In this document: positions 13,319-27,652 of the stretch, piece after piece
How the letters are laid out: every line of letters begins with the position of its first letter
How positions within the stretch are numbered: the first letter of the stretch is position 1
Origin: Catajapyx aquilonaris
Taxonomy: Eukaryota
NCBI GenBank assembly: GCA_000934665.2
Contig: KZ538224.1
Coordinates: forward strand, 248,001 to 312,000
Direction: 5' to 3'
DNA length: 64,000 nt
Translations under genes and position numbers: made by a program
Notes under the pieces: generated by a model
What the model saw: only the letters and a program-made list of their open reading frames with translations
Databases searched by the model: none
What the model was told of the DNA's origin: nothing

Positions 13319-16300
13319 ATATGATTTTGCATCTTTTGGATAAAGTCAGTGTCGGTTCATTTGCCTGCAGCTTAGCCAGCACAAATTGGGCGATACGGAG
13401 CGTGCAAGGATATGTCGACCTCCGCTAAGATCTTAGCCCTGAGTTTGGGGCGTAGTACGTGAGCACCGTTTAGCGACCGTGATTACCCGGGCAAAGCCTT
13501 TACGTGGCGCAATCAGTAGTGAAAAGGATTTGGAGCCCATTTTAAAAGGAGGCTTCCCAAACCCCCCCACAAAAGAGCCCTTNCCCCCCCCCCCCCCCGC
13601 CCCTTTAAAAAAAATAAGGTCTAGCAAGTGGAAGGATTTTCCAGTGGTTTGTGTGCACAGCCCTGGAGCGTGTGTCTTTCAGCTGGGGAGTCGCCTTAGG
13701 AGCCAGGTCTTTGGCGCCCAAAGTCGCTCCATTAACTGCGAATCTATGTTGCAGCAGCAGCAGACGGAGATGCGGCTCTTTTTTTTTGGCACACTACCCT
13801 CCAGGGCTGGGGAGGAAAAATCCGGGGTGCTTTGATTCATTTTGGGGAAGCTCGGGACCTCATTACGGGGGCTGGATTTTTTTTTAAAAAAAACATTGAG
13901 TTGAATGGTAAAGGTCAGGTATCATTTCAAATGAAATTCGATCGAATCAGGAAAAATCATGGAACGCATTTTCGATTAAAATTTCGCAGCATTTCATTAA
14001 CAAGAAGCCCAGCTTTGTCGCAAATTCAAGGCGAAAATATCACATTTTGTGAATAGTAAATTCGATGCATTTTTGCACAATTAGACCACAAGTAAATGGT
14101 AGTAAATTGCTACAAGCTGTGCAATCATTTTTGTCAGATCGCAATGATTTGAAAATTACAAACCGGACACGCTTTCATAAGTAGAGGCCATTGGTAGGAA
14201 AAATTGCGCATTAACATGCGATACCATCATGAACATTCCAGCTCGGCGTCGGAATCAATCCTGCAACTGTCCATTTAATTGATGCCAATTTCATCCCCCT
14301 CCTGTTGGTTAACGCCGAATTGCAATGCACAAAAAAACAACTGGCTCATATCAGAAAAAGTAATCCAAAAGTCAATTCGAACCAGTTCGCCGCCGCTCCT
14401 ATCATTACCGCCAATTACGCCTAAAAATATGCAACACCCAGCGTCAGAAACAAAAAAAAAAGCATGGTCGCTCACCCTGAAGGCACTAATTACAGATTTG
14501 GAAAAGGCTGCAACTTACCCCCAGGTGTTTCATGTCCATTTGTGGAGCACAAGTGCCAAACAATATTATTCAAAGAAATGTATAAAAAGTATCGATATCG
14601 ATGTTAATTGTAACTACACAATTTCAGTCATTGTCTTTTTGATCACCTTGCTCAATATCCTAAATTTCTAATATGGTTTTGGAACTTTTTCCTCAATCAG
14701 CGGCACGTGAGCCATGAGAGTACCACGAGTAGTCAGAAAGTGCGTTAGGTAGTTCGGACATACAAACAGAGAAACTTTCTGCTTTATTATATTACGCAAG
14801 ATTTTGGACACTGGCCTGGGTCAAACCTAACCTCTCTGGGATTGTTTTTGGAGAAGAAAACCTTGGCATTCCACGAAAGGCTGTCGCGCGCAGGAGCCAT
14901 GGAGAAAGGCAATTTTCCACCTGGTTGTCACACCTTGCGGACTTCCCGTAAATGGAAAGTGCACGGCTTCTGGGCAGATTTTCGAGGACCACTGGACAAG
15001 GACCTCTTTTCACCTCTCCCCCCCCCCCTCTGATTTAAGCAAACACCGGCACACGGCAGGGCATACCCACCAAAAACAAGCGTCTCTGCTTAAGCCTCTG
15101 GTTAATGTTACGCTGAATATTCATTACCCTGGCTGCCACACCTGGATTACAAGTGTGAGAACTCTGCCGGGAGCAGCCCTTTTGGGTTTGCAAGATGGGC
15201 AAAAACCGCATGAATATTACCCAGCAATTTTCGAGGGCCAGCTTCCTTTTTCGGGGGGTGAAGACCATATATCACGAGGTCCTGGAAGACAATTTTACAA
15301 CGCATTGTAATCCATACCGAGTAGTGTTTCCCACCGTGGTAAACCGGTCGGGAAGGCCTGAAAACCGGTCGGACAAAACGTGGCCAATGGTAAAAAGACC
15401 GGTGGCAGGTCTTGCTGCTACCGGGGGGAGATGTATCAGGATATACTTAGTGCTGGGCTTGGTAAATTAATCTCGGAGACACCCAAAGTTACGCCCTAAA
15501 GCCTTGGGAGTTTTCTTTCTGGACCAAAAGCCCTACGCAAACTTTCTTCCAGAAAAAAAATCGGGTTTCCGACGGGATATAGCTGTCACCTGAAGTTAAG
15601 ACCGGGACGTTAGGTACGCGTGTGATTGCATAAAAGAAGGTGCAAGCAAGCGGGGTGGAAAAGTTGTGCATATTCTATAAGGTAAATTAAGGGGGAGTTG
15701 TACAGCGAGAGTGTTAAATTTTTCGAAAGCTTCAGCGGCAATGTCGTATGTTGTCACCCCGGGGGCTTCGAAAACGCGACCGTGAATTAACAAAAAAATA
15801 TCGGCCGGTTGTCTTATCACCGCCGTGGCAATCGATTAGACTCGGTCCTGCTGAGGAAACCGATACGCTCATTATTACGGCACAACAATGACAGATCGCA
15901 CTGGTGCCACTGCTTGTTTGTGGGCAGGTCCACCCTTCCGAAGCAAGAGGACACCTTCTGGGACACACATGTAAGGCCCAGCGGGGGTTTGCCTCGTTTT
16001 GAACAGGGTGTTCCGATATATCCAAGCCCACTTGGCAACTATTTTTGGAGCCCTCCAGCAGTGTTTGTGCTATAAATCGTGATAACCCACCCAAAAGGGA
16101 AGGCCTCCTGAAGTAGGTGGGAAATGGGGGAGGCAGGTCCCCGAAACACGTGCTGTGCACGCCCACAAACGACACCTCAAAAGAGAGGAGAGGAATGCTT
16201 ATTGGAAAGTAATTGGCAACCCAGAAATAGGGCGGCATGTTTAGTTTGGCCTGATGAGGGCAAAGGGCGGGGTCGGAAGTCTCTGGAAAATCCGGAAGAG

Positions 16301-18981
16301 TCTGTACAATCCAGCAGTTTAGTTGACTTTTTCTCATCGAAAAAAGTCGTACAGAACGTCTCTGTCCGTCCGTCTGGCTGTCTGTGGACAGGTAACAGGT
16401 CCTAAACCGCAAGAGATAGCGACAAACAGTTTCGGATTCAGTCGACCCACTTCCGGTTTTCTAGGTTCGCTATAACCTCCAAGGTCGATTCTAAATGATT
16501 CAGGAATTATTTTCCTTATTGACGTGGCAACGAGAAATGAGATTGACAACATTTTATGTCATTGTTGTCCCATTCGAATTTCCTTGGGAATGAGAAAAAG
16601 TCTACTCGAATCACGCTCGCGTGATTTGCCATGCGGGTATGAGTAAGGTACCAAACTCTCTTGAAGGCTAATTCTAGCTTCAGGTCTGCCACCTAACTGA
16701 TTTCTGCGACTGTACGGCGCCTCTAAAAAGAGCAATGAGGCCAATAAATTTTTTCTGGAGATTGTGACATTTCCCAAGGGTCCAGGCCCATGATGTAATT
16801 TTGTACGAACTGGGTGTGTACAGATTTTCCGTGGGGGTCGAAACGAGTATAACTCGGGGGCGTCTTTCATGCGGCTGCAAAGTTCCCTGAAGGCGGAGTA
16901 ATCACGTTAAGTCATAGCCGGTCCCTAATCCCCCGGTGACCAGAGATGTGTTTACAAGCTTCACAAAAGGGGGGGTGCTGCCAAAGGGGGGTCAGGGCTA
17001 AGCTGATAATCTGGCTTGCTAGGGAGGAGGGGTACCCTCCCTTGGAAGTCATTTGGCGACACTGTCCTTCGGTCTTTTGATGGAAGGAGAGAGACTCCCG
17101 AGGGCTTGTGGCCCTCTCTCCCCACATCCCCTCGACCCCTGTCTCTTATTGGCTCTGAATGCAGATGAAAACGACCCGGGGAGAAACCGGAATAGGATCC
17201 GTCCAAAATAGGGGGACACGAGTGCTACTCGGGAGGTGACAAAGAAGTGGTGACGATTAGGTCCTGTTGTGGTTCTGATCGATCTTGAACGATTTTAGGC
17301 TTACGAGGGATGGAAATCGACTGGAATGTATCTCAGGACCCCACATGCGTGAACACTCCCCCACCCAAGTCCTTTGAGAGAGAGAAAAAGACACCGAGGA
17401 ATTCTCCACCTCACCACTTGAAGGGACAGATGTTTCACCCCTCCTCATGTGGTGCTGCCGTAACCAACCAGCCCCTTGGTTTGTCCCCGTATTTTTAGTT
17501 CGAGTGGGGAGGTCCCTAATATGAGATAAGCACCACGGGTTTTGTTGAATAGGGAATAAGTGTTGAAAGTAGCAGATCCATCTCCTGCGGTTCTAGTGAC
17601 GTGTCAGACTTTTCGTCGCGAAATGGCTTTTTGGACCTGGGAAGGTTTTCCCTCCGCATCACACAATGGATGGTCCTTCCTCGTGACAAAGCCATCCTTC
17701 TTCCTCTCCTCTCCTTCTTCCTTTTTTTTCTCCTGATGTATTCTCCGCCCTTTCACATAGACTGCTTTCCATTTATCCTTCACTTCCTCTCCCTGGCTTT
17801 TCTTGCACCCGCCATTAAAAATGGATCGACTCCAACCCTTATACAAAAGAACAATTTTTTCTGTGCGTGAGCTGGGTATAGGTGAGGATGACAGGTGTCG
17901 AATTACAACCGTTGAAATGGAAAAATAGACACGTTTCTCTTCCTACAAATGCTGGCAAATAGATTGGCAAATTATTATTCAATAGCTAAATTGACTTGGA
18001 AAAGTAAGTCCTGGGATTCATTTCATATCGAGCAAATATCAAGTACTGCGACATTTCTTTTTTGCAAATCCGGCATGAGCTGGCAGAATATGGACACTAG
18101 GACTCGACTGCAGAGCAATTTTGATTTTTTTTTTCTCTTATTCTTCTCCTTTCTAAAACACCAGCAAGCATCTGCAGGCTATTGCCAAGAAGGAAGTCGA
18201 CTGCGCATATGAAGTGGAGAATACACAATTTATCTTCATTTTAAGACGGTCCAACTTCTCCGAAAAGGCAGTCGAGTGCAAAACGGCTCTGTCGTTTCAA
18301 CTTTGGAATAAACTTTTCCTAGGGAAAAAGTAGGGAGGGTAGGGGGAGGGCAGTCCGTCCGAAGAATGGAAGCCGGAGGGATAATTATCCAGTAAAGTTT
18401 CTGCTGTAACGAGCGAATTTTAGGACACGTCATTTCCCTAATTAAAATTACAACCTCTAATTAGCCGCCCGGCGGACTCAAACGCTCTTTGTTTCCATGT
18501 CGAAAGAGCGCTTAAAGAGTGCTGAAACGTCAAAGGTCCGCGATGATAAGTGTGCTCTAGGCACACACACACAGGGTGATTCACAAAATCACGCTCGGTT
18601 TGTAATGGCTACAACAACACTTTAACTCGAAGCCTTCATTCCTCTGTCTCTACATATCAGACAGGTGTCATTGTAATGTCACTTGGAGTCGTGACAATTG
18701 GTTAATCAGGTCCTCCTTAAGGGTTGAAAATCGGACACGAGTCATCGTTTTTTGTCAAAGCAGGTTCTCCTTTTGGCGGCGGTGACCTGGCAGCGATTTG
18801 CACCTTTCCAGTGGGATTAGTGTCAGCGCTGGAAACCAGAGAGTGAGGTCGGAATGCGACAGGACACTAATCCTTTCCAACCCGCAGCCTCCCACGTGGC
18901 ATATGCGGCCAAATTTCGACCCAATTTTTGGGAAGATGTTATTTTGATCATATCCACACCACTTAGACCGTTCTTAAAACA

Positions 18982-19110
18982 TCTATAATATTAAAATCGT
19001 TCGTTGTATGACCTTAGCTTCTGATTTGTCCGTCTAAATTGTTTGCGCGACGCTTCCTATTGGCCCCCGTTCTGCGCGTGCGCAATGGGGGAAGACAGCG
19101 CCTCTGGTGG
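18982..19110 (+). mobile_element. Helitron-like 5' fragment (5' module X)
   Basis: Starts A|TCTATAATATTAAAATC. About 110 bp match the reverse complement of 29221-29330. No clear 3' hairpin or CTAG. Confidence 0.6.
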
Positions 19111-22100
19111 GTGGGAAGATGTCCAGATGTAGAATAATCTGACCAGTAATTATCTTAAAAAAGTAAGCTTGAAAATCCCTCAGCTGAATTCGTAGCAGCT
19201 ATAGTCGTTATTATGAGTTGTTGAGCGAATCACCTTGTGGCATAGGGTCATCAAGCTGTTGGTGACATTTTGCCTGTTGCCTCCCGGGCGTGTTTTGTGT
19301 TTGCACAACACGCGCCATTCATCACTGACCATCGGCGGCCCCCGTTGCAGTGCTGTGTAAATGAATGGGGAAGGTCACGATAAAACCTGAATTATGACCC
19401 CCAGACCAGGGGCCTGAACAAACTCTGATCGGAAAAAGGTCAGTTTTGCGGCCCCGAATTTACGTCAGGGCGTGACTCGAACCGGCGAAAACATGGACAT
19501 TACTATTAATAGTTAAGTGCGGTTAATGCCCACTCATTGTTGGTCGTGTCCTCCAGAAAATTTTGTGTGGGGGCAGGTATAGCACCTCGGGGGCCAAACA
19601 CTGGGGGAAAAAAATTGCGGCTCGCGGGCTAAGTAAAAACACCCGCCGGGATTAGCCCCTCTCGATAACTCCTCATTAACCGTAATTACACTAATCTTCC
19701 ATTCACCATCCCCATTTTCACTTAGCACCACCCCATCTCTCCCTCTGGCAACCAATGCCCGGCGTCCCCCTGAATGGAGAGGGGGGGTGGAAAAGCATTA
19801 TTTTGCCAAATGAGATCGTAACGCCAATATTCAACGGATAGTGCAAAGCAGTACCGGCGTTTGAGTCTACTTTATGGAGCACTAAATTTTACTTACAGTA
19901 CCTGCGAGTCCCATTCTATTTGCAACTCCATAATATTTCAATGGGAATCTGGGCTGCCACATTGGGGAAGTATGATTTACGACGGGTCCGCACGTAATGA
20001 ACATCGAAATCCCTAGATGGCGAGACGTGGGAGAATCGTAAAAAAAGTTGGGGGGAACGGAAGGTTAGGGGGATTCAAAATTGGATATATAAAAGTGCGA
20101 GTGACCTAGGATTGACCCAACAGTTCAAATCACACTTTCTAGTGTCGTAACTTGTGAAAGATGGCAGGTTACCCCCATACGGAGGCCATCTTGGATCTGT
20201 GACGTCAAAATCAAATATGGCTGCCATCTCATTGTGACGTCAACACTTTTGTGACGTCATAATCCAATATGGCTGTCTTGCGTATGAAGAAAAAAACATT
20301 CAGACTTCAAAAAATGAAAAATGAAAATAATAATAATAATAACGTCTGACGTTGACTTGATTCTCGCCCACATATATTTCACAGAAGGTGTGACGTCTTC
20401 ATTACACATCACGTCAGGGGCTGGACGTCCGTCTTCTTAATGCATTCAAAGGGAGGGTAGGGTGGGCTCAACCTATCCGGGAGAATATGAAATTTGGGCT
20501 AGCAGAGAGAGCCCGCGTGACTTGGAAAAATGCGCTTGAATTTTACGCCATAAAATTTACTTTCTAAAATATGGCTGTCACTTTTTTTTCTTTTCGGAGC
20601 TTTCAAGCGGTAGAGCCAACTCTCTTATTTTTTCCGTATCATGCGTATGTTGCTATGTGATGTAACATGTTACAATTTTATCTCAGTTAGCTGGTCAGAA
20701 AGCGCTAAATTTTTCCACTGTGAAACTGCCTTACATGGTGTGCCATAAATGCACCACCGCAAGTATATAATGCAAAGCCCAAGAATATGAAATGAAAAAA
20801 ATGTAGAGATGAAATATGGGGCAGACCTCCAGCATGCGTGAGAAAAAAGTGATTGAAAAGTGACATTTTCGCATTGTTATATTACACTTGGAAAAAACAA
20901 TTAAAAATACAACTTTCATCTGGCACAAACGCGATGGTTTAAAACAATAATATGCAGTGAAAATAACGCTACTTTTCATCTCTGCTTTTCTCATTAAATT
21001 TCCGACTTTTTACATTTAAAATCTATATAGCCAATCGGAAGCATGGTAATGAAACACCCTGTAAGTAGCTCAAAAACTAAAATACCATCACGCCAACTTG
21101 TCAATTGTGAAATCACATTAATAAGTATACTGGACATGTAATTGGTAAAAAAAAGTGTCAATTTGCCCAGATTTTTTCCAGTAATCGTATTAATTTTTTC
21201 CGCCCTCCCGGTGCTTCATTTCTGTCTAGCTGCGATTGTAAAATGCTGGTCATGCGATAATGAACCGGTTCGCATACTAATTACTGACGATTTTTAAGAG
21301 AAGTGGTACTACATGCACCCCGGACAAACAGAGGCACAGACTATGCATCGCGAGAAACTTCACAACAAGAAACTTCCGTCCAAGACAGGTGAAGACGTTA
21401 TAAGTAAAAACGTGTCATAAATGAACCCTACACAATCTGGCAAGGCTTCATTTTTTGAGGGGGAAATGAAGGGAGGGAAATAGATAATAATCTCCGCACC
21501 TGATTTACGACCTATGTTTTCCCAGATATAGACTCCCCGAAATATTGGCAGGCTCGAGTTTCACGCACACACGAGGCCCGGATAAGATTTTTTTTTTTTT
21601 ACAACCTCCAGATATGTAAGAGGTTATTGTTCCACGTTCCACGTGTACTCTACTTTTAATTATGACGTAGTGCTTAGTAAACTATAAATGTGAGCAGGGC
21701 AAAGTTCCACGATTGGTGCGGATTTATGGTCCCCCGTCCATTTAAACTGAAATGTTGACCATGTTGGGAGGGCTGGAGCATAACAAATCAAATATTTATC
21801 ACGTTTTCTGGAGGGAGTCTAAACTTGTAGGTTTGTTTTGCTTGAGAATTTTTTATGACGTGCCAGTAGCCAAGTTGCAGTTGCTGTATACCGAACGTGT
21901 CCTGCAGCTTCGCTCAGGGATTCGGTTAAAAAGTCTTTCAAACTGACGGTTACTGCACAATAATCTGACAAAAAAAAAAAGTACTATCAAGTATGCTGTT
22001 TAGTCTTGTTGCAATGTGTTTCATTTGAAATCTGAATTAAATTGACGCGAATGTGCAGGCTAAAAAAAACTACTTTGGTTGGCTCTTTTTTTAGGCCGCG

Positions 22101-25100
22101 TAATTATCCATCTGCAGCAGCACCGCCTGGATATGAAGCACACACATGCACATACACACACAAAAAAAATCCCCCGGTTGCATTACCGCGTCAACACATT
22201 TTTTTCGGGCTTGTAATAGTCGGGCTCCAACATTTTGAGGTAAGTTAGCTAACCGGTGCTCCCAGTGCATGTGACACGTCCCCGGGACTAAATGATGCAC
22301 ACTAATGAGTCGTTATATCTACGAGGATATCCTGTGTTCCCCCCGCCATCGCTCTTTTGTCATATTATTACTTCAGAGGAAATTGATACCATTTTTTCTC
22401 TCTAGCTCTCTCCCTCCCACGGTTGGATGGAAGGGAACACAATGTTACAGCCTAATTGACTCATTGGTGCCAATCGGATGAACTGGTCGCAACACTTTTT
22501 TTGGGACGATAAAATGTAAAATTTACCTTCAAGTTTTGGGTCAGAACTTGGCGGATACACAACTGTCAGTCCGGAAACCCATCCTAAACACTTGTGCGAA
22601 AACACCGGGGGTTATATTCGGAGCAAAGAGACGACACCCTTCCAGCGCAGAAGCCTGCATGCGACTGGATGTTTCCTCGACTCTGAGGTTGATCCACCCC
22701 TATTCTGACTGTGCTGCCACCAGTCAGCCCGCCAGTGAGGCTCAGAAAAAATACAGCATACGAATATAGGTGCAAATATGTTGCAAAAAATTAATAATAA
22801 GCTTTTTAATGCTAAGTGTTGGGGACTAGGGCGATGCGACACCCTGTGCTGCGTTTTGTATGGGAAGATGCATTTTGGAAGGGGGGTGTTGGAGGCAAAC
22901 TAAGCGGAATGAAGTTATATTGTTCTTGGGGGCCCAGATTAATGGCTTTTCCACGCCGAGTAATTCCCGGGGACTGGGAAACGATCCGGTCCTACTTTGG
23001 GTTTCCCTCCCCCCGACCGAATTTTCCAAGCTTGCAAGCTATATATACTCTCGATCCCAATGATTTAAAGTTTTCGATGGTGGTTGGTTTGGTGGAAAGG
23101 AGGGGAATTCGAACGTGACTGATTGTTTCGAGAGGAATTGGGACACACGGGACTGGAACCAGCAACACCACCGATGCATTCTACTTAACGCCAGAATCAG
23201 CCGAATTAGACAGCAGGTGCTCTATCTGCACACCAGAACTCCGAGAGAAAGAGCTCTCGAGAGTCTCTATAGGCAAAGCTGCATGATTGTTATGTCTGTC
23301 TGATAATTTGGTGGAAATTGCAACATTTTGCAACTAGATAACATGCGACTGTCTAAAGGGTCTCACCAAAATTGTTACTGCGAGATGTTTGCGTTACAGG
23401 GTCTACCTGTATACTGATGATTGCCAGTACTTTGTACATTTTCAGTGCAGTGAACTCTGGTTAGTTACAGTTTCCCCGCCAGCGCATGATTTATAAAACA
23501 GGCTAAATGCTGCAGTATAGCTGAGAGCTTATGTGGTATATTCGCAGTGTTTGCAGACATTTTACAAAGCAGAGGCTGTAATGAATGTGCATAAGGTCTG
23601 AAATGTGCCAGCTGCCGTTATCAAACTTCAGCAAATATATTAAATAATTGCGATGTAAGTGGACTGGCTTTTCGCATCAGCATGTTTGTGAAATAATTCA
23701 CTCAAAAGCTGGGAGATTTTTTTTTCCACAAATATATATAGCTCAACATGCAAAAGCTATCTGGATGTCATCACGAACCTATAAAGCTAACTTTATGTAC
23801 TCAACGATGGCACCGACAGATGCGAAAAGCCGCGCACAAAAGTAGCCGCAACCGTTTTAATAAAACCGTAATAGCAACTCAGTACGGTACATGTTTGACT
23901 TTTGCAAATACTGTCGCGAATTAACCTGGAAAAAGGTCATCCAATGTTGCAAACAGAGCAAATGAACAAAAACGGCGGCGTAATAAAATTACATAAATGG
24001 CAGAGAGGGCCGCACAACTAAATAATTACCGTACTTGCCAAAATATTTAATGCTTTCCAACACGGAAACCTTCCCTAACCCAACCCATTCTCTTTGAAAA
24101 TCATATGCCCTCTGAAATTCAACATTGCCCACCTGCATGTTAATTATAACCTGGCAGGACCACCAGGGCCCATTTTCCAAGCTAAATTATCAGTATCAGA
24201 AAATGACTGCTGTTTCATAGTTTTAAAAAAAATGAAAAAAGAGGGACGTGTTTTTGGTGCTCCGTCTATTACAATTCCATGGCATATAATAGCAGGGTTG
24301 TACAGCATAAATAGAGACTATGGAGCAGGTATGTAGCGTGCAGGGAATGACGGAAATGTCTAACGCTTTATATTCTCCTGATAGTATTAGTACAGCACGT
24401 TTTCTTGCAATAAAACTGGTATTAAATGTCATATTAGGGTGTACATTTCGTGCAGAATTTCCGCTGTAGTTCATACAAGGAGCAGCTGAAGTTTCCAAAA
24501 TGTATCAATTCGAGCTTTCTTTTTCTACAACGGGCCGGTTCAAGCTGCATAATATTTTGGTTGCATTTCACATTTTTCAAACGAATTCCTGCCCACTTTT
24601 TTGGCAAGGTTTTTCCAATGAATTCTTGACTTCCTTGTACTCAGCTGACAAAAAGTTTCAAGCTGTATGGGAATTCCCATTATAAATTGATTGTGTTTCC
24701 TTCCCCCTGTTCCTGACGGAAAAATCAACCGGTCTTCCACACAACTTTGCTCACACAATACGTACCTGTCCAATTTTTTTGTCATTTTTTTTTTGATGAA
24801 ATGCAAGTGACCAGGTCCCAGGTGGAGGAACACAGTTTTTTTTCTCTGTCCCATAGTTGCAACATCTATACACCAGTGTTCCTTCTGGGATTGCCCAACA
24901 GTTGTTACAAGTAATGTATATACCGCACTGTGTTGTGATCGTCTCTTGGCCAAAGTTGAGCGATGGGAGGTCTGAAACATGACAGAAGTGGTCGGATGGA
25001 AACTACACGCAGTCGCTCTTGTTCCCCCCAATCGCTCAAACTCGGAGGATGATTCAATCTAGTAGAGGGTTGGATGGGATTGATTGATGGCCGCATGCTT

Positions 25101-25756
25101 CCGAGTGGGTCCTTCTTTTTACAAGCACATTTTTTTGGACTTGTCAATTTTTTTTTCTTCTTCTCGAGATGGCAGTGTCGTGCGGTAGATCTCTTGTCAA
25201 TGTGATGTCGATTCAAGACGAGTGACATATGCGCTTTACGTGTGTGACAGGGTATTTTTAATAGAAAATGTGTGACACGTGGAGGAATTAATAGGTAATT
25301 TTTGGGTTGCCGCGTGTGTCTATGAGCCAAATAATTAACTCGTTTCAACACCCTGCATGTGGTCCAAGCATGAAATATTTACCCATGTGTTTTTCCACAT
25401 TGTTGTACCTGCACTTAGCACGTGAGGGGTGCGGCTCGCATTACGTCGTTTCGTGTAACGGGGTCGCGACCTGCACCCCCACCGAGTAAGTTTCGTGTCA
25501 ACATGTTGTGGCCCTGACAGTCCGATTGTTGTTGTTTCGCCAGAGGAGTGAGATCCTGTTGCGGTTATTAGTCGCCGGCACGTCGAAATCTACTGTGGCA
25601 AATAGAGGAGTTGGATTACTCCGCATGCTGAATATCTCGATGGGACTCATGCATATTCCTATCCAGGTGTGGTATGTATAGTCCGGCTGATAAATTGAGA
25701 CAGCATTTCGCAATCGAACAGGTGCAGAGAAGAAATAATTTCATGCCGATTCGCGC

Positions 25757-25969
25757 CTAGCAGGGGAACCATTCTTCGCCCGTGGCGGATTGATAAATGA
25801 AAAGTCACGGGCATTTAGACTCAAAAAAGTGACGTTTTCGGACTTTTGATTCAGCAGCATGGAAGACATCGGTGTGCCAAGTTTCAGCACTCAATAGTCC
25901 GGAAGGGGGTTAAATAGCCGTGACATGTACATACGGACAAACCGTCTGCTTTATACTGTATATGTAAGA
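25757..25969 (-). mobile_element. Non-autonomous Helitron, family A copy 1
   Basis: The minus strand starts A|TCTTACATATACAGTATAAAGCAGACGGTTTGTCCGTATGT and ends with a degenerate GCGAAG hairpin followed by GGTTCCCCTG-CTAG. Colinear with 28698-28988. Confidence 0.75.
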
Positions 25970-26760
25970 TAATCCGAACAGGTGTTAAGCGGCAATCCGC
26001 ATTTTCAAAATGAAATTAGGAAGATCAGGGCAGAAATAACTCATTTTGTCGAGACGACTGTTGTTCGGATAAGCGGGAATCCTCATTTTCTTTCACCTTT
26101 GACCCCCCCCCCTCGGGTGTGTCAACCCTCCCGAAAATATGTGATGTGTGCAAGATGGGTGTCGTGCCGTGCCATGTGGCGCCCTGCCTTATTCCTCCTC
26201 CTTCCCCCAACCACCCCAAACAAGTGCACTCTAGGGGCCACACGAAAACTCTACCTGGTCAGGAAAAGCCCGGGCCCCGCTTCCTTCTGTTTGCCCGCCC
26301 GTTGCCCGGGCAACGCCCCTCGGCCCTTGGGCCCCTCTTTGGCCCCCTTCCTCCTCCTCTATACCCACCTCCCTCTCTCTCCGCCTATAAATCTCCTTGC
26401 GTGAGAGCTTTTCTCTCTCCCCCCCCCCTCCTCCTCCCCCTCCACCCCCTCTATCTCCCCACCTAATTCCAACCCACTCCCCCTTTTACCTCTCCCCATC
26501 TCACACATATTGGAACTTTGGGAGGCTCAGTCCAGACCTATTCAACCTTTACAAAGCCCGGGCAGCAAGCGAGAGAAAGAGAGAGAGAGAGTGAGAGAGA
26601 GAAAAAAAAATTGGAGAGGAAGTTAGAACGTTCCGGAAGCTCATATTGTTCCTATTGCAACAAATGTGGTGGAGTATTGTTCGATAAATTATGACGTTAC
26701 TTGTCGGTTTCATTCGGTGAAAATCACTAGATGCCGTAACATACCGGTTAAATAAAATTA

Positions 26761-27460
26761 CAGTTGAATTCGGATAATTATAACATACTCGAAAGGCTGT
26801 GGTCCCCCATGCTTCCATAAGGCCCCGTGTATTTTTATTCATGATGTAACAGACTCATTGTCACCTCACTTCGGCTATAACATGCCAATTTTTGTCCCAT
26901 CACATCGGAGGAAAATATTTATTTATTTATTTATTTATTTATTTATTTCCTTACTCTTTACTGGCCTACTTGGCCTTGAGGGGCACTCTGCCAGCGTTAC
27001 AAACAATAACAAAAACAGCAACAACAACAGCAACAAAGAATTATCGCTATATCACTCTATGAGCATCGGAAAAAGAAAGTATTTAAAAAAGCACATCGGA
27101 GGGAAAATATTACCGGTAGAGCTGTTTTTGTAACATTCAAATACCTTTCCCACGCACAGGAGGATTTTCGCATCTGTCACTGATCTAAGATACTCAAAAT
27201 CGCTCAAAATCATTATTTTTTCTGGTATATTTGGCAGGAGACGGCAGAAGAAAATTACTGATTTTTTTTTATCCTGCCTAATTTACTGGTGAGCAATTTT
27301 GCATTTTTGTGGATAGTTTCATTAATAAATGCAGTAGTGTGCATTTTACTAAGCATATGGAAATCAGAAAATTTTGTGTATTCGTTGCAAAAGTTGCCAC
27401 TTGGTTATAACAGACTTTTTTCTGCTGTCCCTTGACGTCTGTTATATCCGGAGTAAACTG
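26761..27460. mobile_element. pogo/Tigger-like non-autonomous DNA transposon, copy 2 (interrupted by a retro-insertion)
   Basis: TA|CAGTTGAATTCGGATA ... GTTATATCCGGAGTAAACTG|TA. 27170-27460 aligns with 13005-13318. Confidence 0.8.
26920..27091 (-). mobile_element. 5'-truncated non-LTR retroelement 3' end with (AAAT)n tail
   Basis: (TTTA)n tail at ~26918-26948 on the + strand. Flanked by a ~19-bp duplication, CACATCGGAG(G)GAAAATATT, at 26901-26919 and 27092-27111. Confidence 0.7.
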
Positions 27461-27487
27461 TATCTGGATTTTTCTTTTTCAATATTC

Positions 27488-27652
27488 CAGGGGGTCGAAA
27501 TTTTCGGATTTGTACTCTCCAAAATTGTTATCTGCACTCCAGTTAGTCCTGCTTTTAAAACATGGCTGTACCCTAAAAATTAAGCACCCCAGATCACAGT
27601 CTGGAATGCAAACTTTTGCACCTGCACAAAAAATTTAAGGTTCGACCCCCTG
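27488..27652. mobile_element. hAT-like MITE
   Basis: Perfect 12-bp TIRs, CAGGGGGTCGAA / TTCGACCCCCTG. The flanks caatattc / caattc resemble a degraded 8-bp TSD. Confidence 0.6.

Noticed and set aside
15732..16412. Longest ORF (226 aa, minus strand)
   Set aside because: No recognisable domain, composition typical of random non-coding translation, and no supporting exon structure.
18571..21063. Single mariner-type element bounded by CAGGGTG (18573) and CACCCTG-TA (21055-21063)
   Set aside because: Such short ends recur many times in the window, the two do not share an extended TIR, and no transposase remnant lies between them.
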